Positions 13,886 through 25,300 of a DNA stretch of 64,000 nt are shown piece after piece. A program made the position numbers and the translations under genes. The DNA comes from Azolla caroliniana (taxonomy: Eukaryota > Plantae > Polypodiophyta). The notes beneath the pieces were generated by a model. That model was not told the origin of the DNA and ran no database searches. It saw only the letters and a program-made list of their open reading frames with translations. The stretch is from assembly GCA_043228905.1 (NCBI GenBank), contig JBHGNT010000002.1:21080001-21144000 (forward strand), read 5' to 3'. Each line of letters starts with the position of its first letter. Positions within the stretch are counted from its first letter, which is position 1.

Positions 13886-14471
13886 ATAGGGATATAATGG
13901 CCATATTCACATTACCCCATTGGAAAAATTAGGATAGGTTATTTATGTAAATAACATAAAGGGTAATTGCCCTAGTCTAGTTTGTATATAACCAGTTTGT
14001 AAGATGATGTTGCCATTGGTTTGTAACTAACTATTGAATTATATAGAGTATTGTTTGTGTGCCTCTCTCTCTCTCTCCCTTTACTTGTTCAGCTTGATCT
14101 TGAAGTTTGTCTATGTCTAATCTTGTTCAATCTACTTTGATCCCTCATCGTGTTAGTTTATTGACACATTTTGTTGGAGTTGTATCTACATCTTGACGAC
14201 CTTATTCCCAACAAAAATGAAAGTTATTTTCTAATGCCATGATGCGCTCTTAGGAGCAGCCTAGAATACATCTGACACTTGTTCGCATGGCACCAATGTC
14301 AATTCAACAAAGTTGAGTGACTTAAAGATGTGGGACTTTTATGTCCCTTGGACATTCCCAACAATAAATGCAAAACTATATATCCTTGGATTTTATTGTT
14401 AGCCTTCCTCGCACCCAAAAAGGCCATGATGCCAGTTGGGTATTTGTTGATAGACAAACTAAAATGACCAG

Positions 14472-15870
14472 AACCCCGGGTCATTTGAAATAGGTAATGT
14501 CACATTCTAAGAATTTTCCGTCATAAAAAGGCACAAAATAGGTCATTTCAGAAAAAGGGATGCCGCATGCGTAAAGGTTTTTCAAAATTGAATCAAAATA
14601 TATTGATTTTTAGCATGTCCGAAAGTTTAGGACTTTCCTCAAATGCCTAAATAATCGACACGCAAAACTTACAAAAGAATGTACAAAATTTACAAAAGGA
14701 CTACCACCTATATTTATACATATTCGTGAATCGACAATTTGTTGTAAAATACATTTTTTATAGTTCATGTATCTGAACAATCACTTCCCAAAGCTATGTC
14801 ATCCCCTTTAGACCCATCCAATGAACTAGAAGAGCTTTGTGAGGTCTCATCCTCATCATCACTAGCAACCAACGCATTGTCTTCATCCAATTGCAATCCA
14901 ACGTCACCGTGATTATGAGACATGCTCCTCGTTCTTCTTTGTGTCATTGTGGGAGCTACATTTGGTATCTTCACATTTATTATCTTGGTTGTGGTTTGTC
15001 TTAGATGGCGTGTTTTGGTCAAGGAGAAGTCATACACTAGTATGTCTACATTATCCAATGTGAGAGTAGACGTGCTTGGTACATTCTTTTTTCTCCGGTT
15101 TCTGTGTGTGCGTTCGATATCCTTAACCATCTCTAAAGAGTACTTCCCAGTAAATGCATCTGGGGAAGAGGTATGATACCAATGAACCACAATGGACATA
15201 ACTTGATTGCCTTGTTCATCCTTAATCATTTCAAGAATTCTAGCAATCCAAAAGGGAGGCCCCAACTCATCACCCCTAGCTAATATTGCAACCAACATAC
15301 CAACTTGTAGCTCATGCAAACTGCCTTTCCATCTCGCCATTCAACATTCAACACCACCATTCAACATCATGATCACCAGCGTACTTCCTGGTGCACTCAA
15401 TATTTTTTTATTTCTCTTCCAAGCATCGCATCCAATATATCTTTTTCTCTTCAATCAAACTACCAAGAGTCAATCTTTTATAGTTATCATACGACATTTG
15501 TTCTGCACCATGGATTACCGCATAAGGAAAACGCAATAGGAGCCTACATCCCTCTTGTGGCTCTCATTGTGAACTAGATGAGTATTGTTTGGCATACAAC
15601 AATATTTGTTTGTGGCTCATAGAACTTCTTTTTATGAGGAAGATGTGGTTAAAATTGATATTATTAAGCGGTACAAGAACCCTACATAGAGCCCCATCAC
15701 CATCCACGCAAAAGTGTTTAAAATCATAAACTTCATCCAAATGTTGTACTTCTTGCTTTGCGGTATAAGGTTCAAGGATCAACTTTGACAGCGTAGGAAG
15801 CATGAAAGCATCACATCTCGCTAATTTCTTTGAGAACCTACTAAACGTTTGATCTTTATGATCATGTGTA
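14472..15870 (-). mobile_element. DNA transposon remnant: DDE transposase C-half (Sola-like/GHTH-type) with BAH-like C-terminal domain and terminus
   Basis: HTHDHKDQTFSRFSKKL..FMLPTL..VYDFKHF at ~15870-15700. C-terminal VGMLVAIL..PFWIARILEM..IVVHWYH. Terminus AACCCCGGGTCATTTGAAA at 14472 is homologous to the termini at 934, 38121 and 62693. The superfamily assignment is tentative. Confidence 0.65.
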
Positions 15871-18800
15871 TGATCTTTTTGAAAAACTAGAGAGGAAGAG
15901 AGAAGAGGAGAGAGAGAGAGAGATGATGATAACAGATTATATATTATAAGAAGAGTAAGTACAAAAGGGTTATGAGGCTAAAGACTGGCATTGGACCAAT
16001 TTGGTTCAACATAATGCCTAGTGCCCTCTTTTATAGTGTTCTCAGGAGTAATCCTGAAGCTTCTAGAATGTTCCAGAAAAATCTGGAATATACATTAATT
16101 TTTTATAATAAAATGTAAATGAAAATAATATTCTACGTAGTACAATAAATGATATAATGGTCAAGAGCTCGACCCATATAACTTAAGGTCATGGGCTCGA
16201 GTCTTGCCATATCATGACATTATCCTCCCTTTAAAACGACGAGTGTCACAAGTCGTTTTGGATGGAGGACCCGGTTTGTGTGGATATTGACGATGGAAGT
16301 CTTCAAGAAGCGCACGAGCATTGGTCACATTCTCGATTGGTTCCCAAGTACGTTCGTTGGGACTATAGCCTAGCTAATCGACTAGATAGTAGAGCTTGCT
16401 GCGAACAATCTTGGAATCAAGGATGGCGGCAACCTCGTACTCTGCTCCATCTTCAAGCTCGATCGGGGGTGGAGGTTGTATAATACGTCCTGGGATGGTG
16501 CTCTCGTGATAGCGTTCGAGGAGAGAACTATGAAACACTGGATGTATCCAAAGTTGAGGAGGTAGATCGAGGCGAAAAGCGACATCATTAATCTTTCCGA
16601 TAATACGGAAAGGACCTAATCGCCGATAATCCAACTTCTCACATGGGCGAGTAGTCTTGATGGGTCGTCGTAACAGCCACACCTGATCTCCAATGTTAAA
16701 ACTAGATGGAAGTCGATGACGATCCGCGTAGACCTTGTGTGTTTGTTGAGCTTGCTGGAGATGAGTAGATAAATCCACTTGTATCTTGCGTAACTGCTCC
16801 AGCCGATCCTCCGCGCAAGGATTTGTGGACACTTCTAGGGTTTCAAGTACACTCCACCGAGGGTGACATCCCGTATAAGCATAAAATGGCGTAACTTTAG
16901 TGGAGAATATCTACCCAGTTATCTTGACGATAGCTGAGAAAGCACCGCAGATACTGCTCCAGCGTTTGATTTGTTCATTCGGCTTGGCCGTCGGTTTGTG
17001 GGTGGTAGCCAGAGGAGAGGTTATAAGTGACTTTGAGCATTTTAAAAAGGTGCTTCTAGAATTTTGACACGAACTGGGGTCCACGGTCGCTGACGATACT
17101 ATCGGGAAGTCCATGATGCCGACATAGTTCACGCATGACAATTTCGGCGGTGTCTTCCCTGGAGATTTTCTTAGTACATGGCAAAAAATGAGCCATCTTC
17201 GTATATCCATCTACCACTGTTAGAATTGCATTGAACCCTTTAGAGACTGGAAGATCTGTGATGAAGTCTAGAGCAATGGATTGCCACAGCTTGCTTGGAA
17301 TTGGTAATGGTTCTAATAAACCATATGGATGATGCCTTGGCATTTTCACTCTGTAGCATGTATCACAAGTCCGAACAAAATCTTCGACAAATTGTCGCAT
17401 ATGGGGCCACCAGAATGATCGTTGTACTAAATGTAATGTTTTAGTACTACCAAAATGCCCAGTTGTATATGTGTCATGACAGTTTTGTACTACTCGAAGG
17501 CGGCAAGAACCATTAGGACCATACAAAAGTTCTTTAAAGAAGAGTAATCCATCATGGTATTTGAATTGCCGATAGTCCGTACCTGGTGGTTGCGATTGTG
17601 AACACGGAGCTCGAGAGGGATCAATTTGTGCTATTATAGCTTGGGTGAAAGCATCTGTCTTCAGGTCTGCATGTATGACATTAATAACGTGGGAATCCAT
17701 GGGCATGCCAAAAACCTGTGTTGCTTGCAATCGTGCCGGTCCCAAGATTACTTGCTTTTGGTTATCAAAAGCTGGCTCGCCAAGACGCGGTGTTAGATAC
17801 GAATGTCGTGATAATGCATTTGCCTTCCCTTGGTGCTTCCCTAGACGATATGTAATTTTGAAGTTGAAACGCGTGAGGAGGTGGGCCCACCGAGCTTGAC
17901 GTCGATTTAACACACGAGCATCCTGAAAGTAGGCAAGGTTTTTATGGTCACTGAATACGGTGACTTGATGAGAGGATCCCTCTAAAAAATGCCTCCATTG
18001 CATAAACGAGTCCATTATTGCCAATAGCTCCTTATCATGAATTTCGTAGTTGATTTTGGCAGCGTCAAAGTTGCGTGAGTGAAAATCCACAGGATGTAGC
18101 TTCTCATCATTACCCCGTTGTGACAGAATGCTCCCCAATGCGAAATCCGATGCGTCAGCTTCGATAATGAATGGTTTTTCTGGATCGACATGAGCTAGAA
18201 TTGGAGCCAATGTAAATGCTTTTTTAAGACTCTCGAAAGCCATATCTGCTTCTTCAGACCAAACGAACGATTGTCCCTTCCTGGTAAGTGTGTGAGAGGC
18301 AGAACAAGCTTTGAGTAATCTTGTATAAACTTCCGGTAAAAATTGGCAAAGCCTAAAAAGCATTGCACATCCCACACCGAGCGCGGAGTCTGCCATTCTA
18401 CCACCGTCTTGACCTTAGCTTGGTCCATGGAGATGCCTTCTGATGAAATGGCGTAGCCGAGAAATTCCACCTGGTTGCACCCGAAACTACATTTTTCTAG
18501 CTTTGCGTAAAGACCATGTTCTCGAAGTCGTTTTAGTACTAACAGTACATGAGAATCGTGCTCTTCTTCGGTCTTTGAGTAAACTAGTAGGTCATCCAAG
18601 AGATCTCGGAATATATCATTTGCCATGTGCTGGAAGACTATTGGCGCATTAGTGAGGCCTAACGCCATGACCGTATACTCGAAGTGCCCATATCTATTGC
18701 AGAACGCGGTTTTCCATTCATCTCCTGCTCGGATCCGTACGAGGCTATAGGCCCCCCATAAGTCGATTTTTGTGAAGAACCTGGCACCATTGATCCATTC

Positions 18801-21400
18801 TAAAAGACTTGAGTTAAGGGGAAGTGCATACCTATTGCGGACTGTAACTTTATTCAACCCACAGTAATCTACCACCAGACGAAGTGAGCCATCCTTTTTC
18901 TTGACGAAGAAAATGGGTGCGTCGGTTGGAAATTTTGAATGTCAAATGAATCCATTCTCCAAATTCTCCTCTATATAGGCTCGAAGGACTTCTAGCTCGG
19001 TTGGTGACAAATTGTAGATCGGTCCCTATGGTGGGTGGCTCTTTCCCCGGTTGTAAATCGATGGGGCAATCATATGGTCGATGGTGAGGAAGCGTATTGG
19101 CTCGTACTTTATCGAATACATCGGCATAATGATGATACTTCTTTGGAAGTTGAACGGTGGACTCCTCTTTAATGCTGTCGGAGGGTTTTAGTGATATTGC
19201 GAAGAGAAACATTTCTTCCTTGCGTCCTTCTTCCCGCAACTGATGTAGTGAAATGGTGGCAATCTTCTGAGTAGATCCTTGGGTTTGTCGACACCGGATT
19301 TCTCTTGTTCTCCAATCTATGTCTAGGTTATGTAACTCGAACCATGGTAATCCCAAAACGATGGGATGTTCTGGGATACTAATTATGTTAAATGATACTA
19401 CACATTCTAAGTTATCTAGGACAATATTAACGGGTTTTGACTCTTCTATGATATTTCCGGAAGCAATGGGACGACCATCAATGACGACTACAGAGGCTGG
19501 ACACGGGAGTTTTCTAAGAGATATCTGATGAGCTTGGGCAAAATTCCTATCCATAAAGCAAGAATTAGCTCCGGAGTCTAGAAGTGCTAAGACGTGTATT
19601 GGAGGGGTACTTTTAGTACTAGTTGTTACTTGGGCTACGAACACATTGCTAACTTGCTTAGAGGGAATGGAACCACTAATGGGTTGCACAGATCTAGGGC
19701 TGTCCAACCAAACAACTCCTATTTTGGCTGGACTTAGTCGTTTAACTCTTCTTCTAACTGACTAAGGACATCAAATTTGTTCGCTAGATCTAGGCTATTA
19801 GTACTATTAGTACTATCAGATATCCCTATTGTAATAGGCTCAGGCTTAATACAATTAGAACTAGCAACTATTTGGTTTACCTGTCTTCTTTGGCATATGG
19901 GGACAATTTATTGCAATATGTCCTGGTCCACCGTAGTAGAGACATAGTCGATTTGTTCGGTGTCGTTGCTTTTCTTTTTCGGATAATGGCCCTCGACAAC
20001 GTGTAGTGTCAATCTCCATCAGAGTCGGCGTATTCACTGGAGACGCATTATAGGACTCCCTCGGTAAAGGTTTTGCTACCATTGAGGTGTAGGTGGGCTT
20101 TGCTCTTGCCCTCAGCATCTGTAGTTGTCGTTCCGAACGTCGCTCAAAGAGGCGGTTGTCACATCTCACAGCGCGACTGATTGCTTCTGTTAAGGACTTT
20201 GGCTCTTCAGGGAAGGTCAAGAGTAAATCCTTGACATCGTTGCGTAAACCATAATGAAATTGCTCCATCAACGCTTAATCATCCCAAGGGATGTCAACGG
20301 TGAGTAGGCAGAAATTTGCAGCATATGCGGAGGCTGGACGGTCTCCTTGGTGTAATCACCGGATTTTGTTGATTGCGGTCCTTATGTTGTCAATATCTCC
20401 AAAGCATGCTTTAAACTCACCTATAAACTCTTCAAAGTTGTTCAATAATGGAGACTCCTTTTCCAACAGTGGAGCGAACCATGCCAACGCTGAGCCACTT
20501 AACAACGTCCCTACTAAACCCACTCGTGATGCATCGGTAGGATATCGGGAAGGATGCATTTGAATAACTAATCGTACTTGATTAAGGAACGCTATAAACT
20601 GCGATCGTGTTCCATCGAACTTCGTGGGAAGGCCAATCTTGGGTTCCTTATGAATCCCTTGTGTTCTGGGGCCTTGTTGTTGCATCGCTGCGATGGTTGC
20701 TTCGAGTTGTTGCACGCGTAATGCAAGTTCCCCATGTTGTCGTTGCGTTTGCTGCTTTTCTAAGGAGATTTGTTGAAGATCCCCCAGCAACCGTTGATTT
20801 TCTTGTTCCAAAGCAAGGAACTTCTCTTTCAAGCATTGAAACACTGAGAAAACAGATTGATATTCCTGAGCGCTACCAATGGCCATGGGATGAAAAGAAA
20901 AGAGGAATAAGAGATTAGTATGAAGGGAGAGAGATAGAAGGAAAATTGGTTCAAACAGTTAGGAATAGTACTAAACAGAGAGAGAATTAGTACTAGAGAA
21001 GGGAAATACGATTAGTACTAAGAGGACGGGACTGCGTAAGACTCCCGAGAGAGGAAGAGAGAAGAGGAGAGAGAGATAGAGAATATGAGAGATAGAGAGA
21101 GAGATGATGATAACAGATTATATACTATAAGAAGAGTAAGTACAAAAGGGCTATGAGGCTAAAGACTGGCGTTGAACCAATTTGGTTCAACATAATGCCT
21201 AGTGCCCTCTTTTACAGTGTTCTCAGGAGTAATCCTGAAGCTTCTAGAATGTTCCAGAGAAATCTGGAATATACATTAATTTCCTATAATAAAATGTAAA
21301 TGAAAATAATATTTTATGTATTACAATAGATGATATAATGGTCAAGAGCTCGACCCATATAACCTAAGGTCATGGGTTCGAGTCTTGCCATGTCATGACA
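15871..21400 (-). mobile_element. Tcn1-like chromovirus (Gypsy) with both LTRs, decayed gag-pol and chromodomain
   Basis: LTRs at ~21400-21050 and 16219-15871 (TGTCATGA..), PPT AAAGGGAGGATAA. gag LLSGSALAWFAPLLE; PR ALLDSGA; RT FTKIDL..KTAF..YGHFEY; RH EADASDFALG; IN GHFG..CDTC..DFITDLP..SDRGPQF; chromodomain EYEVAAILDSK..YYLVD*LGY..ERTWEP. Confidence 0.92.
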
Positions 21401-21790
21401 GATAATCGCTTCTAAATTGGTTTACCAATTTGTTGATGAGTCGTTTCATTTTTAAGGGTTACCAATAGATTTTGTGAATGATCACGATTGAAGGTGTAGT
21501 AGTGACTTTTGGACGAAAATCCCTAAGAAGTTAGAAAGAACCTTGACCATGAGATCCACGGAACATCTTCAATCGAATGCACGGACGAAACACATGAATA
21601 AAATTTTTAAGGACATGCTTGGAGCATACATTCTTGCAAAGCGAACAAAATGGGAATGTTATCTCCCAACTTTTGAGTTTGCTTATAATAGCTCCAAGCA
21701 TACATCAACGGGATATAGTCCTTTTATATTTATGTATGTATTTGAGCCACATGCCCCTCTTGATACAAAACTTTCCAAGGGATATCCAAG
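21401..21790 (+). pseudogene. Old Gypsy integrase fragment (paralog at 38148-38540)
   Basis: DFW..HLQS..MNKIFKDML..KWECYLPTFEFAYNSSKHTSTGYSPF. Confidence 0.7.
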
Positions 21791-22322
21791 ATAATATTGC
21801 ATATTTCTGGACATAATGTATAAAAACCTCAAGATAGAAGACATTTTTATGCCAACTAGAATAGGCAACCCTGTGTATTCAGCCTTGCACATAATGTACT
21901 TCTATGTGTGCCTCAAGATTCTAAAACATTGTCTATGGGTCTATGCTAGTCTAATCACATTCTCTTTCTTGTAAGTCATTTAAAAGAACTTAATGATTTT
22001 GGCAATAATATACTTAAAATGAAAATTTCCATTATGACCTTAAGTGTTATATTTATTACAACCATATGTGAGGAGGACAATTTTGATCTCACCAAGCTTA
22101 GATTACAAATGTTGTTCTAACTCTGTTATTGCTTATTCCACTTTGTACACCAGCAAATTTGATTTAAACTTTGATCTTCCCCAACTTAGATTACAAATGA
22201 TGTTATTACTCTATGTTGTTAATTATTCCACTTTGTACAATACCTTATAATATTCACCCCCTACATTTGTTTTTACAACCTTGTCCCCTTCAACAATTAG
22301 TGATTTTGTGAGTATATTTGAT

Positions 22323-25300
22323 TCAAGCATAAATGGCATAAGGATTTCCATTCATTCTCATTTCCATGTCAATGGGATGGCGAGGATTTGATTCTCTATT
22401 ACTTATGCATTGATTCACTGGGAACCATAAACATCTTAACAATATTATTCCAACATACGACACGGCTATGACAATGAATAGACCCCCGTAACTATGGAGA
22501 GACATTTTTACTGTGTCAGGAGAACTTGTAATGCAGACTCCGGAACCAAGCCACTTATCCTTGATCCTTTGAAGATCTCCGTTTTGTTGTAAAGATAGAA
22601 TAGAAAGTGACATATCATTAGTTAAGGGTGAGTTCTTTTGAAATGCCTGCAGGCGAGGGGGGAAATCCCTTAATAGACCACATCGATTGAAGAATATCCA
22701 TATGGAAGTGGCAAGTTTAAATGCGATCAAGAATACTTACAAATGCAAATCCGCCAAAGTAGCCAATGTTCGAGTCAACGATTGTGTATTTGCATCCTAG
22801 GTTGGTAAGGAAGGTTGCCAAGTAAGGTGACTCATCAATAATTGCCGACACATTACCTGACGTCAATGCATTGTCATAATCTTCTTGAGTAATCAAGTTC
22901 ATGAGTCGTTCTGATGAAATGTTGAGGTTATTCTTCAAGTAATTTACTTCGAATGAACCTTCTTGACATCCTATTTTTAGATGACTTTTTTGCAAGTCTG
23001 CGAAACTTCGAATGGTTGGACGTTGTTGTTGTTGTTGCGCTATTAATATAGATGACAAGCTTGCTATATAGCTCGATGAAAATATGAGTACAAAAACTAG
23101 CCAAACTAGTGTGAATGCTCGACCTGAGTGGGTTTTGGCGTCATCCCCTGCGAAGCATTCCCTTTGTTTAGTAAAATGTGTTGAACATTTTCAAGGACAA
23201 TATTAATATATGATATCTAAAAAATTTTGAACTTAGGTTTTCTTATATTCAACAGTATTTATCCACTCATCATGTATAATCTGAATGTGTACTTACTATG
23301 AGAGAAGAAGATGGCCATGGCTGTCAACCTGGCAAGATCAATAAATAATTGATGGAATACAAATTAGAAACGATGTATTCTATTAGAATTTAGAGAATAA
23401 AAACAAGACTATAGAGATGGGTTTTGAATAATGTGGATAATGTTTGGTTAAAAACCAAACCATGGAATGAACATTTAACTAGCAAAGAGAAAGAGAGAGT
23501 TGTAATGCGTAGGTAATGCCACTACCCTTACTAACATAGATTTGATGAGGTAATAGGTCATACCAAACCATTGGGAATGTACATAGAACAATATAATCAC
23601 ATCTATCACATTATTTACCATTCCACAATTCATATAGTTTCTTCTTCCTTTAATTAAGGCTTTCTAATTACCAACATTTTGGGAAGGACAAGTGAGACAA
23701 TATGTTATTTAGTTACCCAATTATATAATGAGTTCTAGGGGGTTCGTTAGGAATATGTCCCTCCTATGGGAGGAACCAATTGGTCGGGCCGAGAGCCGAC
23801 AATCGATGTCACAGAGAGCGGACAATTGTAGACAAGGACTAGCCGACTAGTCGGGCCGAGACGCAACAGTCAATGTCATAGAGAGTCAACAACAGACGAT
23901 CCCAGTCGAAGACAAGACCGACTAGTCGGACCGACCAGAGGGTCGACGACAAGGCCGATTAGTCGGGCCGACTAGACAATCGACACTGGAGTCGACTACT
24001 CGATCAGTCAGTTGATTAACTGCGATTATTGTTAGTATAATAATAGAAGTGAGAGTAGTACTAAGGAACTATATATGTAAATAACCCATAAGGTGTATAA
24101 GTATAAATACACTTAGGGCAAAACATCGTGTGATGCATTGTAGAATAGAAAGAATAGAATAGCGTAGAGTTCCTATAGATGTGTGTTACAGAGTGAAGAG
24201 TGAGTGTGTGATAGTGAGAGTAGTACTAAGGAACTATATTTGTAAATAACCCATAATGTGTGTAAGTATAAATACACTTAGGCAAAAACATAGTGTGATG
24301 CATTGTAGAATAGAAAGAATAGAATAGCGTAGAGTTCCTATAGATGCGTGTTACAGAGTGAAGAGTGAGTGCGTGATAGTGAGAGTAGCGCCATAGTTGT
24401 GTGAGCTTAGTAACTGTGTGTTACAGAGTGAAGAGTGAGAGTGGCGCCATAGTTGTGTGAGCTTGGACGCCAAGAACCCTACATGGCGGATACACACTGT
24501 GCAGAGAGAGTGTTGTATACTATCTCCTTTGTATTCTCCATTGTATAGTGGATCTTTGTTCCCGTGGTTTGCCCCGTTTACGGTTTCCACATTAAATTGT
24601 GTATTCAGTGCATTTGTTGTTTTACTATTTCCGCATTATTGTGCATTTCATAATCGGATTTCCTCACAAATCTCCATGATCGAAGACCAACAAACTGGTA
24701 TCAGAGCTTGAGGTGCAAGCATGGAAGCATGCGTGAGTGGCTTCCTAGGCATGATAGTTCTACACTTTTAGAACTTTGCAGATTGGAAGATAAAGATGGA
24801 AGGCCTTCTCTTAGTCAAAGACCTATACGAGCCCATCGATAGAGCATAAATACCCACGGGACTATTACAGTCTGAATGGAAAGTTCTGAACAGAAAGGCG
24901 GTGGCCACCATTAGATAGTGTGTTGATGTGAGTGTCCTTCAGCATGTGCCAAACGACACAAATGCGTACGAGATGTGCCAGAACTTGTCAGGTCTATATG
25001 AGTGGAAGAATGCCATCAATGAAACATCTTTGATGAGAAAGATTGTGAGGTTGAAGTATAGGGACGGGGAAAGCATAGTCGAGCATGTAAGCACATTCAT
25101 GGGGTATGTAATCCAGATTGTGGCAACTAAACTTTTCCTTAAGGATGCAATTCAGGCCATCCTGCCACTGTGTAGACTACCGGACAAGTGGGAGAACCTG
25201 GTGGTGACTCTCAACACCACGTTTGAAGAAGAGAACTTGTCTCTACAAATGGTACAGACAAGCATCTTTAGCGAGGAGACAAGAAGGAAGGACAAGGGTG

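Noticed and set aside
21330-21400. Functional tRNA gene
   Set aside because: There is no complete cloverleaf or acceptor stem, and it lies inside LTRs.
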